A stretch of 44,565 nt of DNA from Aquihabitans sp. (GTDB lineage Bacteria > Actinomycetota > Acidimicrobiia > Acidimicrobiales > Iamiaceae), in assembly GCA_039924035.1 (NCBI GenBank), contig JBDTBS010000238.1, forward strand, positions 1-44,565, read 5' to 3'. The position numbers and the translations under genes are program-made. This document shows, in pieces, positions 19,291 through 27,618 of this stretch; within the stretch, counting starts at the first letter, position 1, and each line of letters begins with the position of its first letter. Under the pieces are notes generated by a model. It was not told the DNA's origin. It was given only the letters and a program-made list of their open reading frames with translations, and did no database searches.

Positions 19291-20829
19291 TCAGCGCTGG
19301 TAGGTCAGCAGGGTGCGGTCGAAGCGCCCCTGGGCCACGTCGTCGCGATGGGCGAAGAAGTGCAGCTTGCAGACTTCGTCTTGAAATGTCTCCGCCACGT
19401 CCCATGACGCCACCTGAAGGAGCTGTAGCCAGTCATCGGGATCGTCACCCGGTCCGTCGTCGTCGCTCGGTCTTCCGTTGAGTGCCACCAACAGCGGCTG
19501 CTCCTGGGCGGGATGGGGCGCGCCGAGCATCCAGTGCTGCCAATCGCGATGTGCAGATTCGAGCGCATCGTGGACCTGGTCGTAGAGCTCGCTCTCGCCT
19601 CCGATGGGAGGACGGTTGTAGAAGTAGGAGTTGAGGGCATCGTCGTTGGAGACCTTGATCGGGTCGAAGGTGAGCCACGCGGTCTTGCCGTTGCCGATGT
19701 AGCGCATGCGCTCGGGTGGGCCCTGCTCCCGCCAGCCTTGGCGGGCGTAAACAGGGTGCTGCCAAGGTGGCGTGCGTGACGTCACCTCGACATCGGGTGG
19801 GACGTAGAAGACGCGATGCAGCCCAGGCACGTAGGGATTGAGGGCAGCAACGCGGATCACGTCCACGAAGAACACCAGCCACCCGTCCTGGGGCCCTGGC
19901 CAGCTGGGAGGTAGTGGCACTTCGGCCAGGTTGATCTGGGCCAGGAAGGTCAGTGGTCCTTCTCCTGCGGCAGAAGCGTTCTGCCAGCGACCGTCGGTAT
20001 ATGGCTCGAAACCGGGGGCGTCGCACGTGGGCCACTCGAAGTCGGGGGGAACGTGTGGGCATCCGTGGAGGTGCGACACCCCGAGAGGAATGTCGTTCCA
20101 GACCATGCCCGTGTAGGGAGCGACCCCCACGGCATCGACGATCGGCTCGATGCCGTGATAGATCCCCGCCTCGGCCACCGCGACCATGGCTTCATCGAGG
20201 AGCTGGTTGCCCCAGCGGAGGTTCCGATCCTTCGGAACGGACAGGTCCAGACCAGGCTCCTGCGGCCAAGCCTCCTCTCGCTCCGTAGCGCCCCGACGCA
20301 GACGAGCGACCACCTTGGCGCCCCGTGCTTTTTGCTCGTCGGATTCAGCCTCCTCGTACATCTCGGCGAACCGATCGAGGATCTCGTGACGGATACGCCA
20401 GTGGGCGGGCGCTGAGCCAGGTTTGCCCTCCGGTTCGTCGAGGACGTCAGCGGACTGGTTCATCGACGCCGACGACTGCGCCACGACCACGCCCGGCACG
20501 CGGATCACGAGGGCGACCGGCGACCCGAGGCGGTCCGTGCGGCGCCACCGGAACTCCTCCAAGGTTCCGGTGATCATCCCGGTGTCGCTGCCGCGAAATC
20601 CGTTTTCGTCCTCGAGCTCCATGCGGATCGTGTGGTCGCTGGTTCTCATGTGAAGGACGTTGGGCGCCGAGAAGTCGCGTGGCCCCGAGATCGTTTCCAT
20701 CTCGGCGATGTCCGCTCGGCTGGCGACTTCCAGCACCTCGACGGTGATGCCGACCGGTACGAGTACGGGGATCAGAAGCGGACCCGGACGCAGATCGTCG
20801 AACGGCACTCGCAGGGTCATCTGGGCCAT
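19291..20829 (-). CDS. DUF1963/YwqG domain protein with unknown N-terminal domain (paralog A)
   Basis: SHLHGCP.VP.DFEWP, PLTFLAQINLAEV, GWLVFF, RVFY, HWMLGAP, WLQLLQV, LHFFAHRDD...RFDRT. Confidence 0.8.
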   Translation of the reverse strand: MAQMTLRVPFDDLRPGPLLIPVLVPVGITVEVLEVASRADIAEMETISGPRDFSAPNVLHMRTSDHTIRMELEDENGFRGSDTGMITGTLEEFRWRRTDRLGSPVALVIRVPGVVVAQSSASMNQSADVLDEPEGKPGSAPAHWRIRHEILDRFAEMYEEAESDEQKARGAKVVARLRRGATEREEAWPQEPGLDLSVPKDRNLRWGNQLLDEAMVAVAEAGIYHGIEPIVDAVGVAPYTGMVWNDIPLGVSHLHGCPHVPPDFEWPTCDAPGFEPYTDGRWQNASAAGEGPLTFLAQINLAEVPLPPSWPGPQDGWLVFFVDVIRVAALNPYVPGLHRVFYVPPDVEVTSRTPPWQHPVYARQGWREQGPPERMRYIGNGKTAWLTFDPIKVSNDDALNSYFYNRPPIGGESELYDQVHDALESAHRDWQHWMLGAPHPAQEQPLLVALNGRPSDDDGPGDDPDDWLQLLQVASWDVAETFQDEVCKLHFFAHRDDVAQGRFDRTLLTYQR

Positions 20830-20879
20830 GGAGGTCTATCGGTCGCACGGAGCCAACGGTGAGCTGAGGCGGCTCGACC

Positions 20880-22439
20880 TCAGCGCTGGTAGGTCAGCAG
20901 GGTGCGGTCGAACCGGCCGTTGGCTACGTCGTCGCGATGGGCGAAGAAGTGCAGCTTGCAGACTTCGTCTTGAAAGGTCTCCGCCACGTCCCATGACGCC
21001 ACCTGAAGGAGTTGTAGCCAGTCATCGGGGTCGTTCCCCGGTCCTTCGCCGTCGTTCCATCTTCCACTGAGTGCCTGAACCAGCGCCTCGCCTTGAACGG
21101 CGTGGGGTGCCCCGAGCAGCCAGTGCTGTCGCTCCCGGTGTGCGGATTCGAGTGCCTCGTGGACCTGGTCGTAGACCTCGGGCTTGCTCTCGGCACGCGG
21201 CCGGAAGCCGAAGAAGGACCGGAGAGCATCGTCGTTGGAGACCTCGATCGGGTCGAATGTGAGCCAAGCCGTCTTGCCGTTGCCGATGTAGCGCATGCGC
21301 TCGGGTGGGCCCTGCTCACGCCAGCCTTGACGGGCATACACGGGGTGCTGCCACGGTGGCGTGCGTGATGTGACCTCAACCTCGGGTGGGATGTAGAAGA
21401 CGCGATGTGGCCCGGGCACGGCGGGATCCCCACCGAATCTTGCGGCGGCCAGTCGGATCACATCCACGAAGAACAACAGCCACCCGTCCTGCGGCCCTGG
21501 CCAGCTGGGGGGCAGCGGCACTTCGGCCAGGTTGATCTGGGCCAGGAAGGTGAGCGGCCCTTCTCCTGCGGCAGAAGCGCTCTTCCAGAGCTGGGGAAAC
21601 TCCGTGTTGGGTTCGAAGCCGGGCGCGTCCCAGGTGGGCCATTCGAAGTCGTGGGGAACGTGTGGGCATCCGTGGAGGTGCGATACGCCGAGGGGAATGT
21701 CGTTCCAAACCATCCCGGTGTAGGGGACAGCCCGCACGGCATCGATGAACGGCTCGATGCCGTGATCGATCCCCGCCTCGGCCACCGCGACCATGGCTTC
21801 TTCGAGAACCTGGTTGCCCCAGCGGAGGTTGCGATCCTCCGGATCGGACAGGTCCAGGCCAGGTTCGTGGGGCCAAGCTTCCTCTCGTTCCGTGATGGCT
21901 CGACGGAGACGAGCGACCACCTTCGCTCCATGCGCCTTGCGGTCGTCGGACTCGGCCTCCGCGTACATCTCCGCGAACAGGTCGAGCGTCTCGTGATGAA
22001 CGAGCCAATGGTCGGGCACTCGGCCTGGATCGATGGACCGGTGCTCGAGGGCGCCAGCGACTGGATCGGTCGACGCTGAGGACTGCGCCACGACCGAAGC
22101 CGGTATGTGGATCAGCAGCGCGGCGGGTGAGCCGAGGTGATCCCAGCGACGCCACCGGTACTCCGCACGGTTTCCGGTTTGGCCCAACTCGCCACCGCTG
22201 CGTCGACCGTCTTCATCCTCGAGTTCGACATCGATGGCGTAGTCGCTGGTCCCCACCCGAAGGATGCAGGGCGACTCGAAGGCTGGGCGTCCTCCCGGAA
22301 TGACAGCCATCTCGGTGATGCCGGAGCGGTCGACCACCTCCAGCACCTCGACCGTGATTCCGACCGGAACTAGCACCGGGATCAGGAGCGGACCCGGACG
22401 CAGATCGTCGAACGGCAATCGCAGGGTCATCGGGGCCAC
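20880..22439 (-). CDS. DUF1963/YwqG domain protein with unknown N-terminal domain (paralog B)
   Basis: Same motifs as paralog A and colinear with it over the full length. Confidence 0.8.
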   Translation of the reverse strand: MAPMTLRLPFDDLRPGPLLIPVLVPVGITVEVLEVVDRSGITEMAVIPGGRPAFESPCILRVGTSDYAIDVELEDEDGRRSGGELGQTGNRAEYRWRRWDHLGSPAALLIHIPASVVAQSSASTDPVAGALEHRSIDPGRVPDHWLVHHETLDLFAEMYAEAESDDRKAHGAKVVARLRRAITEREEAWPHEPGLDLSDPEDRNLRWGNQVLEEAMVAVAEAGIDHGIEPFIDAVRAVPYTGMVWNDIPLGVSHLHGCPHVPHDFEWPTWDAPGFEPNTEFPQLWKSASAAGEGPLTFLAQINLAEVPLPPSWPGPQDGWLLFFVDVIRLAAARFGGDPAVPGPHRVFYIPPEVEVTSRTPPWQHPVYARQGWREQGPPERMRYIGNGKTAWLTFDPIEVSNDDALRSFFGFRPRAESKPEVYDQVHEALESAHRERQHWLLGAPHAVQGEALVQALSGRWNDGEGPGNDPDDWLQLLQVASWDVAETFQDEVCKLHFFAHRDDVANGRFDRTLLTYQR

Positions 22440-22524
22440 GTTGACCTATCGGCCCAACGTGACGAGCGCTTAGAGCAGGCGCATGAAGAGGCCGCGCCAT
22501 TCGGGTCGAGGCGGCGACGATGCT

Positions 22525-23187
22525 TCACTTCGAGCAGGCGCGCTGGGCCATCGTCGCCGGCCATGGGAGATGCTCGTCCTCGTCCCATGAGAGCTGCTCG
22601 TCCCCGTCGTTGGATAGGCCCTGGGCGTAGACCGAGCGTTTCATGGTGATCCACGAGGCCGGCCCGTCGGCGATCCGGACCTGCAGGTCGATGAACCCGT
22701 CGCCAGGGTCTATGTCGTGGATCTCGTCGCAGTCGGTGACCCGATACCAGATGGTCAGAACGACGCTTTCGTTGGGACCGAGCCGGATAGGAAACGGGTC
22801 CTTGAGAAGTTCGCTTGGCCTGGGTTCTTCGAGCGGGATGGTCTGTCCGTATCCCGGAGGAAACGATTCTTGTGGGCTGCTGGCGGTGTAGCCCATCAGC
22901 GAGAGTCCAGGTCTGGGGTGCGGCCCGTCGATCAGTTCGATGTCGACCGGTGAGTCGTTGCCCACGTCGACGGTGATGCTGATCGGTCCGTCTCCTCCCC
23001 ACGCCCGTACGCCGCCGATGAGCTTGGGGACCAACGTGCCGGTGGTCGTGCCCCACATGAACGCGCCGATGGCGCCGAGGAATACAACCCAGAGGACGAT
23101 CCGACGCCACCGGGGGCCGGGTGGCGGAACCAGTTCATCGAGGATGGCCTCGTCGAACGGAACATTGGTGGTTGCGGTCTCGGACAC
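22525..23187 (-). CDS. Single-pass membrane protein with probable extracellular beta-sandwich domain
   Basis: RWRRIVLWVVFLGAIGAFMWG transmembrane segment, then beta-rich ITVDVGNDSPVDIEL and FPIRLGPNESVVLTIWYRVTDC. GTG 23187 is preceded by CAATAT-N6. Confidence 0.75.
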   Translation of the reverse strand: MSETATTNVPFDEAILDELVPPPGPRWRRIVLWVVFLGAIGAFMWGTTTGTLVPKLIGGVRAWGGDGPISITVDVGNDSPVDIELIDGPHPRPGLSLMGYTASSPQESFPPGYGQTIPLEEPRPSELLKDPFPIRLGPNESVVLTIWYRVTDCDEIHDIDPGDGFIDLQVRIADGPASWITMKRSVYAQGLSNDGDEQLSWDEDEHLPWPATMAQRACSK

Positions 23188-23212
23188 ATTGTCATATTGT
23201 CCTATGACAATG
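23187..23212. promoter_or_regulatory. YtrA-subfamily GntR operator
   Basis: Perfect inverted repeat CATTGTCATA-ttgtcc-TATGACAATG, AT-rich, between divergent genes and near a YtrA-type regulator. Confidence 0.8.
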
Positions 23213-23262
23213 GGACAGTCAAGCGATGCTTCAACAAGGACCCTCGGGCAATTGACTAGCCA

Positions 23263-24195
23263 ATGGTCGCCGTTGTGACCAGGGCGATAGCCATGGTGCT
23301 CGTCGCCAACGGTGTGGGGGTCATGGTGCTGACGCTGGGTCGCCCGGTTCCGCTCCCTTGTGCCGAGGACGGTGGTGGGGTTCGGAATTTGCTCATCGGC
23401 CGGTTCATCGAGCGCTCCCAACGATTTCGGCGTGCCGGAGCCATCGTCGCCCTCATCTTGTTGGTGGCCTACTCGACCGTGGGCGATTCCATGAACGGTC
23501 AGGCCGCGGGCGCCAACGCCGACCTACTGATGGTTGCCGCGATCGGCCTGGCCGGATCCATCGTCGGATCGATCGTGGCTGAAGCGTTTCGCGTTCGTCG
23601 ACGTGGACCGCGCACGGCATCACTCGACGTCCGGGGCCCCGATTCCTACCGGGACCGCGTCGCGGGCCAGCGCGAACTCGTCCTGCTCGTGCTGGCCGCG
23701 GCCGGAGTGGCCGGAGCGTTGGTTACCGGGGCGGAGCTCCAACCGGTGATCGCCCTCGGCGTTGCCGTTGTTCTGCTGGCCCTCGTACGTCGTTGGGCCG
23801 TTCGACGCATCGCTCTGCGGCCTCGACCCGTCGTACCTGCCGATGTTGCCGCTGCCGACGACGAGGTTCGACGAATGGCAACCTCGGCGGGCGTCTCCCG
23901 TCCGATCGTCACCTTGGGGGCCCTCGCTGTCTCTTCGCAATGGTTCACCGTGGTCGCTGCCGATGTGGATCTGTCCGAGTCGGTCACGGCCATCTCGATC
24001 GTCTCCACGATCGCTTGGATCGGGGCGATCGTGCTCTTCCTGACTGCTTGCGAATGGTGGTGGACCAACCGGTCGTTCGGGCTCATCCTCCAAGCTGCGG
24101 GCGGACCGCCTTCGCGTCTGCCCTGGCGGTTCGCCATCGTCGGCGCCTTAATCGTGATGATGGTGATCTTGGTACTGGCCAGAGGCCTCGGCTGA
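23263..24195 (+). CDS. Multi-pass membrane protein (YtrA-associated)
   Basis: Several hydrophobic helices and an RTASLDVR...Y motif. Ends 1 nt before the GntR start. Confidence 0.8.
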   Translation: MVAVVTRAIAMVLVANGVGVMVLTLGRPVPLPCAEDGGGVRNLLIGRFIERSQRFRRAGAIVALILLVAYSTVGDSMNGQAAGANADLLMVAAIGLAGSIVGSIVAEAFRVRRRGPRTASLDVRGPDSYRDRVAGQRELVLLVLAAAGVAGALVTGAELQPVIALGVAVVLLALVRRWAVRRIALRPRPVVPADVAAADDEVRRMATSAGVSRPIVTLGALAVSSQWFTVVAADVDLSESVTAISIVSTIAWIGAIVLFLTACEWWWTNRSFGLILQAAGGPPSRLPWRFAIVGALIVMMVILVLARGLG

Positions 24196-24196
24196 C

Positions 24197-24577
24197 GTGC
24201 TGCTTCGTGTCGACCCGGCCCTGCCGATGCCGGTCTACGAGCAGATCCGGTCCCAGGTGGCCCGCCTTGCGGCCAGCGGCCAGGCCGTTGCCGGCACCCG
24301 TCTCCCGACCATCCGGCAACTGGCGTCCGACCTCGGTTTGTCCAAGGGCACCGTCGAACGGGCCTACGAACTGCTCGAAGCCGATGGGGTGGTGGAGAGT
24401 AGGGGGCGGGCCGGCACCTTCCTGCGAGATCGTTCCGCTCGGGGATCGAGCCCCGTCTCCGACCTCGCCGATCTCCGCAGAGCAGCCGATGCATTTGCCG
24501 TCGTAGTCCGTCAGCTCGGCATCGACGAGGCAATAGCGCAGGACGAGCTGACCCGAGCCCTCGACCGCCTCCGTTGA
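24197..24577 (+). CDS. GntR family regulator, YtrA subfamily
   Basis: PVYEQIR...GTRLPTIRQLASDLG...TVERAYELLEADGVVESRGRAGTF, followed by a short C-terminal helical domain. Confidence 0.93.
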   Translation: MLLRVDPALPMPVYEQIRSQVARLAASGQAVAGTRLPTIRQLASDLGLSKGTVERAYELLEADGVVESRGRAGTFLRDRSARGSSPVSDLADLRRAADAFAVVVRQLGIDEAIAQDELTRALDRLR

Positions 24578-24598
24578 AAGTCACAGCCCTGGGCAACA

Positions 24599-24958
24599 AT
24601 GGATGTCGTGCACCCTTCGCTCGATGGCCGACGTTTCGCCGATCAAACCGGTCGCCACGACGGTGATGTCAGCGGCGACACCGTGTTCGCCTACCGCGAA
24701 GCAGACGGAGAGATCTGGGCTGACTACGCAGGCGGGGTGATCCGACGCGGTTCGCTCGTCGGTAGCCGCTCTGGAAATCGGCTCGACTTTCGATATGTGC
24801 ACCTCACCGCCGACGGCGAGACAGCGTCGGGCCGATGCCAAACGATGATCACCGCTTTGCCCGACGGTCGTCTCCGCCTCGAAGAAACATGGGCATGGGA
24901 GAGCCGGTCTGGAGCGGGGACGAGCACCCTTGAAGAACTGCCACCCATCACGGGATGA
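24599..24958 (+). CDS. Small conserved beta-barrel-like protein of unknown function
   Basis: LDGRRF...GDVSGDTVFAY...IWADYAGGVIRRGSLVG...LDFRY...GRLRLEETWAW...GTSTLEE. From recall, this family is often auto-annotated as N-acetylglutamate synthase. Confidence 0.75.
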   Translation: MDVVHPSLDGRRFADQTGRHDGDVSGDTVFAYREADGEIWADYAGGVIRRGSLVGSRSGNRLDFRYVHLTADGETASGRCQTMITALPDGRLRLEETWAWESRSGAGTSTLEELPPITG

Positions 24959-24968
24959 CCAGCGGTCG

Positions 24969-25730
24969 TTAGCCGACTAGCTGGGTGAGGGTTTTGGCGA
25001 TATCGCCTTGGAGGATGGCGTCGGCTTGGGTGTCGTATGCGGTTGGTTCGCCGTTGATGGTGACCACCTTGGCTCCGCCGGCGGCGGCCGCCCCGGGGAG
25101 CAATGCCACGGGGTAGACGGTGAGCGTTGATCCGATGCAGATCATCAGATCGCAGGATGATGCCTCGTCGAAGGCCCGGTCGATCACCGCGGGAATCAGG
25201 TTCTGGCCGAAGGAGATGGTGGCCGACTTGAGGATGCCGCCGCACTCGAAACAACGAGGGTCGATCTCGCCAGCTCGAACCCGATCGAGGGCCTCGACCA
25301 TCGGAGCCTGGTAGTTGCAACCAAGGCACATGACCTCTCGCACGGTGCCATGGACCTCGATCACGTTGGATGGGTCGGAGCCGGCGAGTTGCTGCAGGCC
25401 GTCGATGTTCTGGGTGATGATCGCCGCCATCCGACCCTGCCTCTCCAGCTCGGCGAGCGCATGGTGACCGGCGTTGGGCTCAGCGTTCCAGGCTGGATTC
25501 TCGAGTCTTGACTGCCAGGCCAATGCCCGCACTTCTGGGTCGGTGACGTAGTAGCTGATGTCCGACATGCGCTCGGACTTGGGGTTTAGCGTCCACAGCC
25601 CCTTCGGGCCTCGGAAGTCGGGGATGCCGCTGTCAGTCGAGATGCCAGCCCCTACCAGAGCCACCACCCGGTCGGCGGCTTCGAGCCAATCCCGTACCAC
25701 TGCTGGATCGGTCACTGGTTCAGACGGCAT
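24969..25730 (-). CDS. cobB: Sir2/CobB NAD-dependent protein deacylase
   Basis: GAGISTDSGIPDFRG, PNAGH, TQNIDGLQQ, EVHG, two CxxC motifs, GSTLTVYP. Confidence 0.93.
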   Translation of the reverse strand: MPSEPVTDPAVVRDWLEAADRVVALVGAGISTDSGIPDFRGPKGLWTLNPKSERMSDISYYVTDPEVRALAWQSRLENPAWNAEPNAGHHALAELERQGRMAAIITQNIDGLQQLAGSDPSNVIEVHGTVREVMCLGCNYQAPMVEALDRVRAGEIDPRCFECGGILKSATISFGQNLIPAVIDRAFDEASSCDLMICIGSTLTVYPVALLPGAAAAGGAKVVTINGEPTAYDTQADAILQGDIAKTLTQLVG

Positions 25731-25853
25731 GGCGACCCAGTGAACACAACCCAGACCCCAGCCACAACCCGGCTGCGGTTCGGTCGATGGCGAATTGTGG
25801 CTGGTGGCCATGGTGTCGGTCCCCAGGGTGCCGCCACGGCATGTCGATCGGAG

Positions 25854-26528
25854 CTACGCCGGCCCGATGACGAAGTCGAAGCGATCGGGACGCATCACCG
25901 TGACGAAGTAGTGGTCTTCGGCGGCATCCCACCTGGCCTCCCAATTGATTCGGTAGCCGTCGCCTTCCCGTTCGATCAGTTGTCGACGACGTATCTCCTG
26001 AGGAACGTCCAAGAGAACTCGGACGTCGAGCAGATCGTGCAGCTCGGGCCGGCAGCTGTAAGCGCCTTCGAGTACGACGATCGGTGCGAGGCGGGCGGCA
26101 ACTGGCTCAGAAGTGAAGGGAACGATGTCGCTGTCCCAGTCGTTGGAGTCCCAGTCGAAGGGGTGCCATGTGGCGGTGCCCTCCTCCCTCAGTTGCTCCA
26201 GGACAAGGCGTTGTCTCCGCCAGTCGATGACGCTGTTTGCCCACTCGGCCACGGTCCGACCGTCCCAGGTCTCGTTGCTGCCGCCGGCGTAGAACTGGTC
26301 TCCTTTGATCACTGTCAGCGCATCGCTATTGCCGGCCGTCGAGCAGGCAGCGTTCGAGATCGCCGCGGCCAGGGTCGACTTGCCAGAGCCACCGCGTCCG
26401 TCGAGTCCGACGAACAGAGGCGCGTCGATGGTTGGACCCCATGCATGCAACCGTTCCATCAACGCTTCTGCTGGGTTCGAACTCCGGATGGTCGCGGTGG
26501 GGGTGGTGGCCGGGTCGTCGGCGGTCAT
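25854..26528 (-). CDS. Uridine-kinase-like P-loop nucleoside kinase
   Basis: VGLDGRGGSGKST, FDW, VVLEGAYS, REG...W...EDHYF. Confidence 0.8.
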   Translation of the reverse strand: MTADDPATTPTATIRSSNPAEALMERLHAWGPTIDAPLFVGLDGRGGSGKSTLAAAISNAACSTAGNSDALTVIKGDQFYAGGSNETWDGRTVAEWANSVIDWRRQRLVLEQLREEGTATWHPFDWDSNDWDSDIVPFTSEPVAARLAPIVVLEGAYSCRPELHDLLDVRVLLDVPQEIRRRQLIEREGDGYRINWEARWDAAEDHYFVTVMRPDRFDFVIGPA

Positions 26529-26650
26529 GTCGACATCATGACGTGACCGCTGGTGTCCAGCGGCCCGACTTGATTGCGAAGACCACCCTTGACCAGGCCG
26601 CCATACGAAAGTCGTCGTCGAGGGCCATGCGGGCGGTGCCAGATGTCGAT

Positions 26651-26681
26651 CGATGAGATTCGGTCGGTCGTTCCGTCTTCA
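26651..26681 (+). promoter_or_regulatory. SigG/ECF56-type promoter
   Basis: CGATGA-N18-GTCTTCA is one mismatch from the mycobacterial SigG motif CGATGA(N18)GTCNNTA as I recall it. It lies upstream of the operon encoding the sigma factor. Confidence 0.7.
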
Positions 26682-26712
26682 CTCTTGAACCCCTTCCCCG
26701 ATGGAGAACCTG

Positions 26713-26766
26713 ATGGCAACGCAATCGTTCCTGTTCGTTCCCGAGAGCCATGAGGTGGCGGGCTGA
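26713..26766 (+). CDS. Putative 17-aa uORF (MATQSFLFVPESHEVAG)
   Basis: GGAG lies 6 nt before ATG 26713. Its stop overlaps the next start (TGATG). Confidence 0.45.
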   Translation: MATQSFLFVPESHEVAG

Positions 26767-27386
26767 TGCGCATCGTCATCTCGCAGTTCATGAGCCTCGA
26801 CGGTGTCGTGCAGGCTCCCGGTGGCCCCGAAGAGGACGTCGATGGCGGCTTTGCTCACGGTGGTTGGTCCATGCCGTACTTCGATCCCGAGACCATGGGT
26901 GGGGCCATCGACGAAGCCATGCAGGACACCGATGCTCTGCTGTTCGGTCGACGCACCTGGCAGACGATGGCCGGAGCCTGGCCCGACCGTGACGATGGCA
27001 GCGACCCGTTCGCCACCCGGATGAACAACCTGCCCAAGTACGTGGTCTCGAAGACGCTGACCCAAGACGACATGAGCTGGAACAACTCGACGCTGGTCGA
27101 CGGCAACGACGTCGTCGCTGCGGTGTCCAAGATCAAGGAACAGCCCGGTGGTTCGCTGGCCGTGATGGGTTCTTCCCAACTGAGCCGGACCTTGGTCGAA
27201 GCGGGCATGGTCGACGAGTACCGCCTGATGCTCGAGCCTGTGCTGCTCGGCGGAGGCAAGAGCATCTTCCCGACCGACGGTGAACAGCGACCCCTAGACC
27301 TGGTCAGCACCACCGCCACCGGTACAGGGGTCATCCTCTGCGTCTACCGCCCTGGTGACACGCCCCCGATGCCGGATTGGAGCTGA
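26766..27386 (+). CDS. Dihydrofolate reductase/RibD C-terminal family protein
   Basis: MSLDGVVQAPGGPEED, LLFGRRT, PKYVVSKTL, GSSQL, VDEYRL..PVLLGGGKSIF. Confidence 0.92.
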   Translation: MRIVISQFMSLDGVVQAPGGPEEDVDGGFAHGGWSMPYFDPETMGGAIDEAMQDTDALLFGRRTWQTMAGAWPDRDDGSDPFATRMNNLPKYVVSKTLTQDDMSWNNSTLVDGNDVVAAVSKIKEQPGGSLAVMGSSQLSRTLVEAGMVDEYRLMLEPVLLGGGKSIFPTDGEQRPLDLVSTTATGTGVILCVYRPGDTPPMPDWS

Positions 27387-27429
27387 ACCATGCCTCGCAC
27401 CAGGGCTGCGGCCGACGAGGGGTGACCTC

Positions 27430-27618
27430 ATGGCCGCCGAGGATTCGCGAAGCGTCGAAGCCGTTGGCGAGCTGTGTCGGCTGGCGCTGGTCGCCAGCCG
27501 ACTCGGCTGTCGCGTTCAACTCCTCGATGTCGACGCTGGCCTCCACGATCTGATCGTGCTGGCCGGGGTCGGCGACCTACTACTCGATGACGAAGCGGAA
27601 GTTCGAGATCTACCATGA
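27430..27618 (+). CDS. Short STAS-like protein (RsfG-like, sigma-factor associated)
   Basis: VGELCRLALVASRLGCRVQL...LHDLIVLAGV. GAGGGG RBS. ATGA overlap with the sigma gene. Confidence 0.65.
   Translation: MAAEDSRSVEAVGELCRLALVASRLGCRVQLLDVDAGLHDLIVLAGVGDLLLDDEAEVRDLP

Larger units (their letters stand above)
19291..22439 (-). repeat. Direct tandem gene duplication (~1.55 kb unit, two copies)
   Basis: Manual alignment of 19291-19440 with 20880-21029 shows 7 mismatches in 150 nt. Similarity stops at the stop codon. Confidence 0.95.

Noticed and set aside
19291-22439. Duplicated 3' ends as a possible DGR template/variable repeat pair
   Set aside because: No reverse transcriptase in the window, mismatches are not adenine-specific, and both copies are full-length ORFs.
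24969-25730. Sir2 as an anti-phage effector (Thoeris/DSR/pAgo-associated)
   Set aside because: It has the canonical CobB architecture with zinc-binding CxxC pairs and no defence partner genes.
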